DNA of 64,000 nucleotides from Psilocybe cubensis (lineage: Eukaryota). The notes below the pieces were generated by a model, which was given only the letters and a program-made list of their open reading frames with translations, was not told where the DNA came from and made no database searches. Below are positions 13,490 to 27,865 of the stretch, piece by piece. The position numbers were made by a program, and so were the translations under genes. Positions within the stretch are counted from its first letter, which is position 1. Each line of letters opens with the position of its first letter. The DNA lies in NCBI GenBank assembly GCA_017499595.2, contig CM039005.1, forward strand, positions 2,604,001-2,668,000, in the 5' to 3' direction.

Positions 13490-15006
13490 TTACTTTCCCT
13501 TCGTTTTATCAGTTCGTTTCCCTTGGGACATTACCTCCCCGGTAACAAAGTCTAAGCGCGCCACTACAGCTCGAGGCCTACGTGGTGCACTAGCTGCGCC
13601 TGGCGTCCTTTGTGACTGTGCCTCCATTGTCAATTCGTTGTCGAATGTGTCCAATTCATGAGGCTGCGTAGCACTACCATCTCTGGCAGTACGCCCGCGT
13701 TTCTTTGCGCTTTCACTCGAAGAACCCATTTTTTTGGAGGAATTTCTTCCTCTTGATGCTCTTGGGGTGGCATCGTGACTGTCAATTAAGGTTATATCAG
13801 ATAGATCAGCACTCAATTCCAGTTCTTCAGAGACAAAGCGCCAGGATATACCTTCGAGCATCTTCTGGGCCAGACCTCCCTGAGGTTAATCGCTGATCAA
13901 CGGAATTGAATCCGGAGCCTTTTGCTTCATTAGATTCCGTGTGCTGGAATTCATCATTGACTGGGTATGCTTCTGTCTCTATAAATGGACGGAAACGAGT
14001 ACGAGGAGGATGTTTATCTTTTGGGGGCATGGCGTTGTGGTCCCGTTCTGCACTGCTTGAACTTCTGTTTACACTCTCGCTGGGCACATATTCCCTGGAG
14101 TGCCTTTTAAGACTTCCGTACGGGGTGTATCTCCCTAAATCCCGAACCTTTTCGCGCCGATGCGGAGGCACTTGTAAATGCGGGGTTTTGCCGGGCAGCG
14201 CCAGCAACGCAGGATTAATTGTTCCCGTTGCCACGTAGACTTCCAGTAGAGGGTCAGTCCATTTTTCTATCACTTGATTCAATGCTGGTAACTCTTTTGC
14301 GAGTTCAACATAATCACGCGGCAGAAGTGCAGAGGGCGTATCACTATGTTGGAATGAATCTTGAGGTGCTTGAGGGATAGGTTGGGATGGAAATGGTGTA
14401 TTGCCAAACATATCAAGCCGTAGATTATGAAATAAATCATCCCCGGAGTGACTATGCCCAGGTGTGTGTTCTGCAGGATGCAATGTTTTCCCGACGGAAT
14501 TCAAAACATCTTCACGGGCAACCGGAACAGTCCCATGACAAGTGGAACCATATAGGGATGATTGGGTAAACGTTGATGGTTTAATAGTATGAGAGAACGG
14601 CATGATTTGAGAGTTTAACGCATGAATTTGTAAGACCGCCTGTGCGCGAGTACCAGCGGATGGATTGGCATCGCTAGGGGTAACAAGAGGTAATTCTAGA
14701 TTGTCCAAGTAGGTCTCCTGGTAGCCATGGTCATCAACTTCGACTTCTGTGATTAGAATAATTAGCGTACGTAGGAGATGGATACTGGTCACGTATTAAG
14801 CTTACCATTCCAGCCACTGCTTTCAAAGAAGTCCTGTTTTGGGTTTTGCTGAACGTTCCTGCTGTCTTCGTAGACAGATTGTTCGGTACGATGGTATTGG
14901 GAAGCTTATGTACCGAAATCAACATCATGCCGTTCGAATAGGATACCTAAAGCTCACTATATTCGCTAGCGGTCGGGACAGACTGAGAAACGCCTGAGTT
15001 TGACAT
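13490..15006 (-). CDS. Family member E (type 2): multi-exon disordered protein ending RLDFVTGEVMSQGKRTD
   Basis: ATG 15006 (MSNSGVSQSVPTASEY), two short 5' exons, a long exon inside ORF 13827-14792 ending CTCGAAG|GT, and a last exon inside ORF 13490-13861. The C-terminus aligns with member I. A tiny extra 3' exon is possible. Confidence 0.75.
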
Positions 15007-15599
15007 TGAGTAGCAGAGAAGACGAGGGTGGTGAAATGCAAAAAGTGATGTTTGTTTCTAACAACTCGCTTTCTACTCGTCTGCCTTAAAAGTCCGGAGT
15101 CATTGCGTTGACACGCGTGGAAATTGTACCCTAGAACAACATTGACACCTGCGTGTATCCATGAGTCAAACATCGCGGATTCGTGTCACATTAATTCTCG
15201 ATCCACTCCAGGATATGTTTAGAGACAAACGACAGCGACAGATAGCCTCATTGTATGGAATATACATTCCGTCGAGCGACAAAAATAGAATGCCAACCTC
15301 ATGCAAGCCAGCTGGCGGAACCGGACCTGACCGACTTTGATCCCGTGTTCCACGCTTAATCCAGCAACGGATCCTATCACTACTCTAAACTAAAAGGCAT
15401 ACTACGGGCTGGCATGCGTAGGTGATTTAACAATGTGAATGTGCTGTCTCAAATAGAGTCTATTACACGCAATTTTCCTAGAGACTGAGTGCAGTGCAGG
15501 GAAAGGTATGATCGAGGTTTGGGAGGGGGTAATTTTAAAGCGCAGCACATAGGTTATGAAGTAGAGACGGTGTGTTGACATAATTTGGAGACGACAGAT

Positions 15600-15705
15600 A
15601 CCGCTGTTCCAATCCAAAAAATCTTGTTGTATACCGGCTTGAGGTAAAAAGGTTACAACTGCGAGGCATTTTGCAAAAACATTATTTATTCCTCGTGCGG
15701 CATGG
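15600..15705 (-). promoter_or_regulatory. Partial (distal) copy of the family upstream element, ~600 bp upstream of E
   Basis: ccgctgttccaatccaaaaaatc...tatac.g.ct.gagg...gaggcattttg..a.acat..tt.ttcctcg aligns with 945-1045, 2412-2520 and 12830-12925. Confidence 0.6.
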
Positions 15706-18254
15706 AGTCTTGAATTCACTAAAATAAACATACGTCCTAGAACGTCGTGCACTATGAAGTTCGAAAAGTACAGTTGAAAATGTCGAAAGATACAAAAGAT
15801 GCTGCTATAACAAATTAACATGCCCTGAATCGACATCCGGTTCGGCTTGACGGCATTAATCGTGTACACTTTGAAACTCCGCTGTTTGACGACGAAACGA
15901 GGCGTGAGGTGGGCTCAAACTTGACACGGTTCCTTGCTATTTCCCTATGCTTCCAGCCACATCAATTGTGCTACCCCCTTCAAAATTCACAGATATTCCA
16001 ATTCTCAACTCAAGGATAATACTGGATAATATTGGCTTTTGTAAGTAATCGTTTTTGGGATTTTTACAGTTTACTTGTCATTGTCAACAGCCATTCGACG
16101 ACAAAGTTGGAAGACGTGGTACTTTACGTGTCGCACACAGTTCCCATCTTCAACCGCACCACCACCACCACATAAACCCCAAACCACCCGCTCTACTGCG
16201 TCCTCCTCACATAATACACGTCCGACTTCATCCACGTTGTTCCTTTCAAAGGGTGCTTCCTCCAGGTCTTGCTCACCTTCAAGTACATATTAGGGTGGAT
16301 ATTGCGCATGGAGAGGATGTGGTACCGCTGACGAGGGAGTTGAAAGAGATTAACATAGTGGATATTGGTCGGGCTGCTGTTGGTGTGAATGGCGGAGGGT
16401 GCGGTGGAAGGGTTGTGGATGAGGATACAGCGAGGTCACACCTTCACCTCCAGCTGCGCCAGCTCTTTCCCAATCCATCAGTACCTCGGTCTCGACCCTC
16501 CATCACCACTCACACCCGGGGAGAGAGGGAGAGGGAAGAGAAGATGAAAGGCAAAGGATATCAGCCCAATGTCAAACTCAAACCACACCCTCACCCCCAC
16601 TCACCGCAGTGGTACGTACACCAAGAAATATAGGATCTCCCCGGCGCGGACGACTGCGTACACCACCACACTTTTTAGCGCCGATATGAGTTTCGCGGAT
16701 GTGTCGGGATGGGCCGCAGACGAGGTTGTTAGGCGAGGTGTTGGTGAGTTTGTGGTGGATTGTGATCTTGGTATGGATTCTGGTTTTGATATTTTTATTT
16801 CGGCAACACTTTTTCAGGGATTGGAGAGCTTGTGATGGGGATGAGGGTTTAACACCGCACGTTTCGGAGGGCGATGCAGAAAAGCCATGGTGTTGTAAAT
16901 GGTGGTAAACATCCACAGAATAACAACGCGAGAGAAAATTTCAAGGCAAAGGCGAGAGCGTAGCACCCGAGGACCATCACGCGCTGGCACAAGGTGCACT
17001 GTGGGATGCCTACACTGGACATGCAGCATACGGATGTCTAAAAGTACAGGTACAGACGGTCTTCCAGATCAGTTCACCATGCCTCGCGGGCGGGAGGGCG
17101 TATGCGCGTCTGTGTATTTCGCTATCATTGGACATTTGCTTATTCTCGGAGTCTTCACTCACGATGAGATGGCGCACACTGTCAACTTTGTGCATCTGGG
17201 ATCTGGATTCTTTCGTGTTTCCCCCTATTCTACATTCTCATATCCAACACATCACTTGCCTTACCTCTGTCAGCTAACTAGCGTCCTTCACCCCTTGATC
17301 CTACCTGACTTTTTAACTGCAGAAGAACGCCGCAGCATCCTTGTGGAACGCAATTACAGGCCCAAATATAATCACATATGTACACCTGTGAGTAGCCGGC
17401 TGGTATGTTGCATACGCCATCCAGTGCCTATAACAGCCGGCACCTGCTCTCTGATATGGGTCGAATGGGACCCGGACTCCCTTCTCCCTCCAGGAAGATG
17501 CGTTACGGTGCCTTCGCTCGCACTCTGTAACCGTGACTCGTGTGAACGACGGTGACATTGTTCCAATTGCCCACAACTGCACCTTTGCCTCTTTCTCATT
17601 CCCCCTCCACTGATCACTCTGTCTCTGTACCATTGATCTTGTGCACTCTCCCTCCATCTGTCTGTCATGTTTCGATTGCACCATACAGGCAGTTCTCAAA
17701 CTCCTCCCCCTTTCCTGACAATGCCCCATATTACTCGCACGGCTTGTTTTCTGCTATACCACATCAAGGCAGAAGTTCTCCACTCTCTTTCCATATATTG
17801 GGTTTGAAGTAGAACTCGCCTTTGTAGTCATAGACAGATAAACCTGGCGTGCGCGTTCATATGCGTGCCTACCTAGCGAACAATTTTGCTGTCATTTCCT
17901 GCTCTGTGGACGGTATAACAATTGATTCGAAGTTGATCTTCGACGCTTCGCAAAGATGGCTTTTCTCAAGCTGCAGACGTTTATGAGTGTACATACTAGA
18001 TTTCATTCAAAAAGTGGAATATCCTACATATTTACTAGAAGCAGTCGATTCAGAGGCGTCACGCTTCCGAGATACCAACACATTGGTGTACCAGGGGAGA
18101 CTGTCCTCGAAGAACATTTGTTCAGCATTTCGTGCTCATTCATGGCAAGAAATGTTTCCTGAGTCTTGTCTCTACTGGGTTCGATTCCGTTGCCCACCGC
18201 CAGCCTTCCTGTGCCAATTGATAATCCTGAAAATACTTTAAGCTCAGATCTAAT

Positions 18255-18388
18255 GGAGTTGTATCCACTTGAAAGCGGCTCGTCCCCTAGTTTCCTCTTC
18301 CTGGGATTCCTCACATGGCCCTTGCTTGATTGACTACTCATTCCATGAGTCAGACGTGTATCCAATGTGAGGGGAAAAACCAAATAAA
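18255..18388 (-). pseudogene. Family member F, remnant of the type-1 intron 2 and exon 3
   Basis: Encodes SQSSKGHVRNPRKRKLGDEPLSSG; the intron part (ttggttttcccc.tcacattg.at...gtctga.tcatggaatg..tag) nearly matches D 11537-11665. Confidence 0.75.
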
Positions 18389-20467
18389 CCGCAGAAGCAT
18401 TTCCCGAGACTGATGCACAAGTGATCTCACCCACTTTTACTCCTTCATTTCGGTGTCTTTGTCAATGTATTCGCACCCTTTAAAGGGACAGTAATGCGCA
18501 AAAATCCAGGCACAGGATAACCTTGCATGCGCCCTAGAAAGTGATTTAGTAAAGAAAAAGAATATGCATTATTCCCGAGCACCCTTGAGGTCACCCGTTG
18601 CAACACCCCTAAAAACGGAAAACTACTTCCATCAATTTTAGTTTCTTACAATCATTTTGCGGTACATCAGAGAGATTTCAAGGTAAGTAACAAACTTAAG
18701 TATCTCAAATTGCTTCCATGCAAATAAAAGATGACACAACGAATAGTACATCTCCAACTGAGACAGACTCGGTATTCGAATTTCCTTCGCACCCTTCAAA
18801 TCTGAATAAATTAATTACTGTCAGTAAGCCTGTATCAAGTGATTTGAGACGCAAAAAAGAGCCTACTCGTAGAAGGTACAAATGGAGCCTTCAAAGAGCA
18901 AAATACTCTGCACTAAGTCAATCCAAAACTCAGGTATATTGGTGCATAGCGCAGGGTTAATAACAGAAGGGATAAATGAGTTTCCCGTATAGTATGCGCC
19001 GTCAAAAAATTCAACCATAGACTTTATCCCCCCTTTAACGGGCTAGCATTAAGTATACGGATAGTTAGGATTGAAATGATATAAGGAATGCAAAGTCGTC
19101 ATACTTGAGTGTTGGGTGGTGCAGGGTTTCCTGAAATGACCGAGGGAGTTGATGCAGAGAGAAGACAAGTAAGGTAGGTACCAATCCTCAGCTTCATGTC
19201 TGTAATTGGTCGTGAAGCTTGCTTGTGGGGTACCAACTCGGGAAACTGATAATATGTAGACAAGGTTCGAGCACATCCTTTAAACCCAACCAGTATATAA
19301 GTCAATACAGAAACTGCACTCCAAGCTCCGGATTTCCCGAAGTCTAAGCGCTCATTCAATGACAATGATATGAATCGGTCGCTGTGTTCATGAGGTTTGA
19401 CAATCCATACATTCAAATTACATCAAGGGATCATAATTACACCATTTTGAGAGTATGGTTGGGCCTAAAAACAGCTCAATAGACAGCGTATCAATGAACG
19501 ACATTGGATTGTGCATAGGTCACATTGTGGTTTGAGTAGACTTGCCTTGAAAGCAGATGTATTTGTTGGCGTTTTACCATTTTTAACTTCAAGCCGAACT
19601 TGGCTGAGTTGTATGGGGTCTCCGAGATAAACTCCGATTGGCCCAGCAATTGGCTTGCATTGCTAGTCGCCAAAAGGTTCCCACGCTACCAGTAACCCAA
19701 AGGTGACGTGCAGGGTGCAGTGCATCACCAGAAAGCTTGCAGAGAGTGCCAAAAGCCTGATTCATTATTCCAGTGGGTTTTGGAGAACATTATTTTGATG
19801 TGTACAAGTAAGATTCATCTTCAAGATATGTTCTCCATTCAAGCCGTTGGTTAAGCATCTATTTCCAATTCAAAAACTCTCACGGTCCGCGCTATCAATC
19901 GATCTCAACAGCATTTACAAAATTTTGTATACTCTCAATCCGGCACTATGTTCATCGATTCTATCGACGCGTTGGTATCATTCAAAGACCTCTACCTTAC
20001 TCCATCTTAAATTTACAGACACCTGACTGGACCGATACACACCGATCAGAGGGAGACTTGGGATGGTCACTTTATGGCTGGGGAAGCACAGGTGCGAGTA
20101 ACAATTCACTTGGATTTCATGCCCGTCCAAACTTCGGTAGGAGTTCTATGTCTACATGCCTTGTAATTTCTATCCCACGTCGTGGATACTTGTCCGGTTT
20201 CGGTAGGATGTTTTTTGCCATCCTCCAGTCATTATGCCCCCCTGATCTCTATTCTTTCCTCCGCTGTTTGCCTCGTCATCGACCTCATCAACGGCTCCAA
20301 CAACCGTCAATGGGCCGCGTGCCCCTGGGTACTTTTACCTCCGCTGTAACCGTATAATTTCAGATAGATCTCAGGCGCATGCAAAGTGTTATGATGTACC
20401 TCGCATCTCGATCACGGCTGTGATCTGAATGCCTTTTCATGGTTTCTTCGGATCCGACTGGGCATTT

Positions 20468-21325
20468 TCAGAGTTCTGGGTACCTCTGTGAAGTTCCGAT
20501 GTTTCTATATTCCATCAGTTCCAAATCAACGAGAGCCGGAAAGACAAAACTTACCTTCGAACAGGTATCCGACGGCGCCCAACATGGGTGACCCGCTCGA
20601 CGGTACTATGCCCAGAGCTGTCATATTTGTGGCTGGGCCGTTTGAATCTAGTGTTTTGTGGTAACTCCGGCTCTCCAGTTGAAGCGCAGGAATATGGAGT
20701 ATAGAGTGGCAGATGGTGCGGCGCAACTGGCGCATACACATCCGAGTCGACAGCGCCGCTCTGGTAAGAATCCCTCTCAGACATACGCATCTCAGGCACT
20801 CGGCGTCTCCCTGATGTCTCATATGGCAAAGGACTTGTGTCGAGCGCCTCTCTGGGGATATTGGCAATTATTGCCGTGTTTTGAGTTGGGTGCGTCGCGG
20901 GAGTGCTCGCGACACCGTGAGTGGTTTGCAGTGAATAGCGACTTGGCTCGAATGGAGACGGCTCAACATACGGCGGAAATGATGCTTCCATTGTCGGATG
21001 CATCACCAGAGGTGACACTTGGTCAACATTTGAAGCAAGTAGAGACGTCGACGGGGGATGCTCGCATAGCGACTCTCCTGAATCTGGAAATTTGGTAGAC
21101 GAGAGTAGTGAATCCAGACCATCGGAGTCGAACACTGGGCCAGTAGACAGGATGTCTTCAGGGTTTCTATTGAGGTCAAAGTCGCTAATATAGAAGCCCA
21201 TAGAGGCCATAAAATCTGTAGCAGTGAGGGTCATATCTTGTGAAACATTATGAGTGGCGCATCACCGAAAGTTGGGAATAATACTCACCGTTGATTTGGC
21301 TGGATCCTGCTGTATATTTATCCAT
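20468..21325 (-). CDS. Family member G (probably type 2); 3' end truncated or degenerate
   Basis: ATG 21325 (MDKYTAGSSQIN), a phase-1 intron, then a long S/P/acidic exon (ORF 20551-21234) ending GTTCGAAG|GT exactly as in member I. The next exon meets TGA after ~12 codons and no GxRxD tail is readable. Confidence 0.55.
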
Positions 21326-22486
21326 TGTATTGTGCGAGGCAGAGATGCTAGATGTGCGGTAGTCCTCAACGGGGGAAATAGTTAAAAAGGGATACAAATG
21401 TGCTGAGTAGGATGGGTGCATTTTGCTAATCTTCGAATCAGGATAACAATACTAGTTGAACAGCGAACTCGTATACACAATCTTTAAATAACAAAATACA
21501 GTGTAACAGCATCCGACATGAGTAAAACCGGCCTTTGTTCTTCAAGGCAGGAGTGGCTCAGTCGTCCAGCCTAAACCCGATCTCAATGTCATATCATTTC
21601 CCAGGGTTCTCCCCTTTCTTTTTGGTGTCTTTTAGGTGTTTTGGGACACACTAAACACCGCCAGGCCGCGGTCTCGTGGTATGATTCCTCAAATTTGGGG
21701 GAAATTCCACATCCTTGGGCACAAGATGCATCATCCAAGTTCTCTACCCTGTAACTCCGACGGTGTGCACACAAACAGAAAGGGAACATGGGCATGTAGT
21801 CCTCTTGCAGCGTACTACATGCTGTGCAGTTACTGCACAGCGGGTAAGCGCCAATGTCTATCTTGCTGCCAAAGAGTTCGCAGTTTATGAAACTTACTAT
21901 CGACAATGAAGGAGACTTTAACCTCGTTGAGGGGGTAATTTTGCTGCGTTTTTTAATACCTTAGTGTATGATCCGAATGAATAAAAGTTCGAAGCACTGC
22001 CAGAACATCGTGTGGCTCGAGTGGCGAGGGAAAATCTTGATTAATCTACCCGAGTCTACAATCGACCATTGTCTGATAACATGATCAGCGTGTTAACAAA
22101 GCTTCATGGTTCTGATACCGGTGGCCATTATCGTGATAGTGAGTCTTAGTCAACAACTAGTTTTTCCAAGGCTTCGCGTTATTCCGGTAGATCTTAAAAT
22201 TCCTGAGACGTGCTGAAAGATTCAAGAATCACTCACGCTCCTTCGCAAAGACCTCGGGGTCGGCTCCACTGTCTATCACATCAGAAGGACAATTTCTTAG
22301 AAGATCCTCTGCAAAACTTTCTTGAGGCTGATGCTCCTCGACATTTCATCCAGAGTATGTTGGAAAGCTAATAATATATGATGACCTCACTTGCACCTTG
22401 AGGTTAGCCAGAAGGAGAGTTCAAGCTATGGCACTACTCCTGCCACGATCGAAAAACCATTAATCAAAAGCCTGGCTGCGAACTTG

Positions 22487-22715
22487 TGAATTAGAGTCAG
22501 TATAAAAAAGGAATCATTGAGCAAGAAGTGCAGTTATCGGATTCATGTACAGCAGTGGCTTGTTCACTTGCACTGCATTCCACTTTGAAGTAAACAGCGC
22601 CCAACGACAGCGTCTAATTTTGTGTCGGCCACTGAGTCAAGTAGAGTAGTTAGTTCAGGCCTTGTAACCTCACGTCCTCCACAACGTTGTAGTGAACGTC
22701 GACTATTTAAAGCCT
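22487..22715 (+). promoter_or_regulatory. Conserved family upstream element, copy upstream of H
   Basis: AGAGTCAGTATAAAA...GCACTGCATT...AACAGCG...CCACTGAGTCAA...AACCTCACGTCC...TATTTAAA. Confidence 0.7.
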
Positions 22716-22800
22716 TATTCCAATAGCTTCTCCTGCATATTTCTTCGTCTTATCACATCTATTACCTCTACTCTTCGTACAATTACACCCGCTAATAATC

Positions 22801-24199
22801 ATGGAAAGCCGTCCAGCATCTGTAAATGAAGGAGTATCTGGCATCAGCCCTACAGGTAGAGCGTCATTGAATCTCAAGTCAAAGAGTTTACTCACCCAAC
22901 GCAGCGCCGTCCACAGTTAACCCCGAATCTACAAGTCAAAGGAACGTCGCAACGCCACTAAGTCAACCTCTAGTCACGTCCGCTTCGTCAGACTTTATAT
23001 TTCCAGCAAACATGATTCTTCAGTATCCGTCAAGAACCGATCCCATTATACCTCTGGATTTATTTCCATCTCCACAAGAACCACTGTCCCTTTCAGATGA
23101 GGGGCTGACTCTGACCGGCAGATATGGCACTGGAAATTTCTTCTCTGGAACTGAAACTGGAGACGAACTGAACACGTTTGAGCCCAGTGTGGATGACAAT
23201 TCATTCGAGGATCTCCATTCCAAACCAAGATTTAGTGAATTTTCTATTGCAGGTTATGACGACAACGGATATGCCTCTCGTACCAATAACACTATGGATC
23301 CGGATAATGCATATTGTATTAGCTATGCGCCAAAGCCAATGGAAGCCAATGTGTCTCACCCACCGCAAACCCTATTATTTGGATCAAATTTTGCCGAGCC
23401 TATCGTTGATGACCATCGCAGCAACAGCTACACCTCTAGCATCGTGGGTGGTACAGGTCTGGAGCACACATCCCCTGTGTATCCGCCTTTCTCTCCTAGG
23501 TATTCGACCCGCAATATAGCAATTCTTGAATACAATTCAGAGTATGAGCAGCAGAAACACACTCTACTCCCCGTACACCTTGAAGGGACACATTCGCGTA
23601 GACGGCATGATCGTAGTCTGTCAGTCGATGGCATACATTACGAAGAAAGGGGGAAACCAATAACATTCAAGCCGGGAGAGATCCCAATAAACGGGATACT
23701 CCCTAATGTGACGCCGAGGTCTTCCCCAACGCACACTCGAAAGTATGTGATCATTGGTTAATACCCTCTTCTTCGTAGACATGGACTAATCAGATATGAA
23801 CAGGCCCATGAGAATGGATGCAGGTACAACGGCCAATGGAAGAACCAACAGGGGTGTGGCAAGAGGCTGTAATACGAGGTACGCGTCATCAACTGGTGCA
23901 GTGAAAATTTCAACATTGATATACAATATCTCGGGTGCTGCACCTCCAGGTCTACTAAATCCCAAAAGACGCCGGGAAAGAACCGCACGGCGTCCAAGGA
24001 GGTATGTGTGTGCCAGAAGCGCGGTGTCGATGGCAAACGCGAGCCGGTGAAGACATACACGGGGCCTACGAAGAGTCCGGGACAAGGTCATCGCTCTGAC
24101 CTGGCAAATAACTCAGCAAAGAAGTGTGAGCTGTGCCATAGAGAAGAGGTTCTTCTGGAAGAGAGATGGAGGAGCAACAGCACTTTTATTGGAGAGTAG
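22801..24199 (+). CDS. Family member H (type 1): 405-aa protein with C-terminal CxC...PGQGHRSDL...CxxCH module
   Basis: Exons 22801-22855, 22905-23742, 23804-23878, 23950-24199 splice in frame (1218 nt), with the same intron phases and the same 75-nt exon 3 as D. Contains SDFIFP..., ITFKPGEIPINGILP and EVCVCQKRGVDGKREPVKTYTGPTKSPGQGHRSDLANNSAKKCELCHR. Confidence 0.85.
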
Positions 24200-26167
24200 T
24201 CGGTGGAAAGGAGGGTTCTGTCCGAGAAGCACAATGGCCTTGCAGTATATATATATCATGAATACTTGATCATCCAATTTTCTCCGATGACGTGATTGAG
24301 AAGCAGGAGAAACTAGAACTTGATATAAAATACAATTCCAGTGAATCAACATGAATACATGTGCTCACCTGTCGGTAGAATTGTGTATGGGGTACGATTT
24401 GGGTACAATCCACAGCGCTGAGCATCGGTGCTGGTCGAGAACGGTCATTCAGCAGCCGTAGACGTCCGTGAGGATAGCGGAGTGTAAATTATTCCGAGCT
24501 CAGCCTGTCGTCGGATCATATCGGATTTCAGTTTCGCGATGCGTTGAGCTTTTATCCATATTTCCACCATCCGTTGCCCCGTCTTCGCGGGTCTAGTTCA
24601 AGTACACTTAATATTTCGGAGGTGGCTTTCTTCCAGGTAATTCTTAAAACACCTTTTACTCGTCGATACTCAATTTTGTCTCTAACAGAAAGGTAGCATG
24701 CGTATCTTTCACCACCTGTGACAAAGCTTGTGGAATGGAATGTGAGTCTACGACCGCGGTGAGTGCTATTCGCGTCGCATGTGTAACTTTCATGAACAAT
24801 TTATGAAGCCTGAAATTTCTTGGTTACACCTTCATTGACACTAATCTGCTTGGTGTTGAAGCAGTTGAGTCCCCTGTTTTTATTGTCACTTTCCTTTCAG
24901 CTGGCACTAGGTTCCCAGAAATTCTCAGACATGGAAATACGCTGGGTGGCCAACGCATTCACGTTTTTAAAGTTCCACTCTTTATCCCGCTCTACCCATC
25001 CTACTGAGCATATTCTGTCTGCAAGCGTAAGGGCCGAGGTCCGAACGCATTTCAACCATCCCTGATCACGAACTGCGCCGTATTCCCTCCCTGAGTTAAG
25101 CTGGGCATATGATTTGTTAGGCCTTTCTGACCATCTCCCAGGTCCACGCCCTGCGGAACTGAAGCCAATGCACTTAATGCCACTGAGAGTATCCATCCCT
25201 TGTTCCGCCCCACCGCCCTCGATGAGCTCGCTACACTGGGTTTCGAGTCGATACCCACTCAGCTATCCTCTATCTTTATTGCTACAGCATCTTTGAATGG
25301 CCAATGTTTCTCCTCACTTACACTGCTTGACATCGTACCCCTCGGCCTTGGTGTCTTCTGTAATCCCCTGTTTTCTTGGTAACTTCAAAACCTGGAAACC
25401 GTCTATCGCAACTAATGCTTTGCATACTTATACGGAAATGGGTTATGTTGTCTGTAATTTAAGTGGACCCACAGGCTCGGTTGTGTAGGCAGCGTGATAG
25501 TGTCTTTTTGTGCACTACCGCCAATACCTGTGAAACAGGAGAAACCGTTTGTATTGACACTTGACGTTTGAAACGAATACCCCATCTCTTAACATCAAGG
25601 TGCCCACGACGTTGATCTGTTTGAACTTTCTGACGTATCTTGAAGGAATGGTCAGTAGTAAGATTACAATTTGGCGTCTTGTGCACCGGTATCACGAGTG
25701 CATTGAATGTGGTTCTCGTTGCCCAAATTTCTCCTCAGCGGTCCGGTAGTATAGAGACCTACCGTATTACTTTACACCAAAGTTTGTAACGCCACTCCGC
25801 GGCTATGAAATGCATGAGAATGTGTGGTGAACTGCGGAAAACAAAGACATGAGGTGGCAACTTCACCGGAAGTCCATTTCCGGAGACCCATGAGGTCATT
25901 TTAATACTGTTCTGTTATATAGCAATCAAATATTTCCAAAAAATGCTTACAGAGCTGGAATGCGAGAGCGAGCGAGGTAAGGAGCTGTGTAAATTCGATC
26001 GACAGGTTTGTATTGCGTGGATTACTGGCTTGTATTCAGACATGAGACTTGCGCGTGTTAATATGTGTGGTCTGCCTTTATAACAGCGCTTGGACAGATC
26101 CAAATTTCTCCACATAAAACTTTCTTGTCTTCGTAAATCTCTCTAAGCTCTTCAAGAACTGTATCCC

Positions 26168-27466
26168 ATGTTTTCCATCACGTTTGATTTTGCCGATGCC
26201 GCTACACTGGCAGAAGTGACTTCAGCCCTTCAGCTAACATCGACGGGCCTTGAAGGTGAGCGCATCTACAATCTTTTAGGATACACGCTTATCGGGAGTC
26301 TGCAAAGGTTTCTCACTGGAAAACGGGGGCACAACGATTGATCCAAATATATGGTTCATCCCCGACAACCTTTTCCAACAGATGTTTGGCAGTACATTGC
26401 CATTGAATTGGCAAGAATACGTCCCGATCACACCCAATATACACGACCCTCCTCCTCCAGTTCCGCGCCCGTCTAACAGTCACGGAGAACAGCGTCTATC
26501 CGACTCTGAAGGGGCAAATAGTTCTTTCGCTGACATAGAAGCATACCGCGGTACATACCATGCTGAGCATGAGGGAGCTTCGGGCTCAAGCAGCGTCGTA
26601 TATCCTGATACAAAACACTTTGGATGCGACATTCCTGTAGGCCATTTTCCAACTGATCAGCAATTGGTATTCCCAGAAGTGCTGAATGGATCACTTAACC
26701 AACACATGGATATTTTCCACAATGACTATGGTGCGCATCAAATCTACCCAGAGCCACGGATGACCTCCACTGGAGATCCTACCATTCCGCCATTCCAAGA
26801 AGCATCGAACCAAACATTTCTTGGAGGGTATCCTAACCCACGAGTATCTGTACATCCATATTCTGGCGACACGGAAGAAGGAAAGACAGAAAGAAACGAT
26901 AACATATTCGACTACGCAGAACACCATAAACATTCAGCTTCCGGGATGAGTCCCGTTGAGCAGAATGATGGCACATCTGCCTCAACAGCAGTTCGAAGGT
27001 AATATGTTTGTTTCTATCTTTCATACCACTATGGCTGATGGAAGATATGGTAGTAACATGCAAAGGCCTCAAATTGGCATGTCGCCAAGTGGTGAAGGTG
27101 ATGCAGGCAGTCTATACCAGACGCAGACTGCGAGACATCCAAAGGGCAGCACAAGGTACGCAAGCATAGTCTTCAATCCTCAGAAGAGAATGACAGGTAT
27201 TCTGTTCAAGATTCCAAATCAGACTAGCCAGGGGGACGTTTGATGCGCACCATCTTCCCGCTCTAGATGCGGCTGCAAGAAACGGGGCGGTGTTTGAGAG
27301 GGATGATGGAGAATTGCAAAGTGTAGGAAGAAAGACGAGACTAATTGATGGACGGCGTCAACGTCAAGCTGCAAGAACGCGCTTAGACACAGTAACCGGA
27401 AAACCAATGAGTCAAGGTCTACGGCCTGACTGCGAGGGATATAAACCTAAAACTCGTAGAAAGTGA
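26168..27466 (+). CDS. Family member I (type 2): 4-exon protein ending RLDTVTGKPMSQGLRPD
   Basis: ATG 26168; exons 26168-26255, 26308-26998, ~27054-27155 and ~27211-27466 give an open frame. The C-terminus RQAARTRLDTVTGKPMSQGLRPDCEGYKPKTRRK aligns with E. The last acceptor is uncertain by a few codons. Confidence 0.75.
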
Positions 27467-27865
27467 GCACATATTCAAAGAAATTGACCAGCTAGACTCT
27501 ACTAACAAGTTATCCATGCACCTAGGCGTTCATAACTGTTTCATCATGGACTCCGACGCGCTTGTGAGATATATACGAGTGAGCTAGGAGGCTTGATAGG
27601 TTGACGAGACGACATCGATGGAAGGGAAAGAATCCGAATATAGTCCGAGATAATCAATCAATCACATGAACTATATAATCAATATGCTTATCTTATCGTA
27701 CCACAACATTGCCTCGAGGAAAATCTATTAAAGATTGTATTTAGTATAAAAAAAGACTGTTGATGAATAAAAACATGTTTTGGTGTGGACTGCCCTTTAA
27801 ATTTATGCACCCGGAATTTTGGCGGTTAGATGGATAATATATGAATCCCTCAAAGTGTCCTTCAA

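Noticed and set aside
16055-17555. Long + strand ORFs of 192 and 218 aa
   Set aside because: No recognisable domain, non-ATG starts, and they run across repeat blocks X and Y/Z; probably chance or antisense frames.
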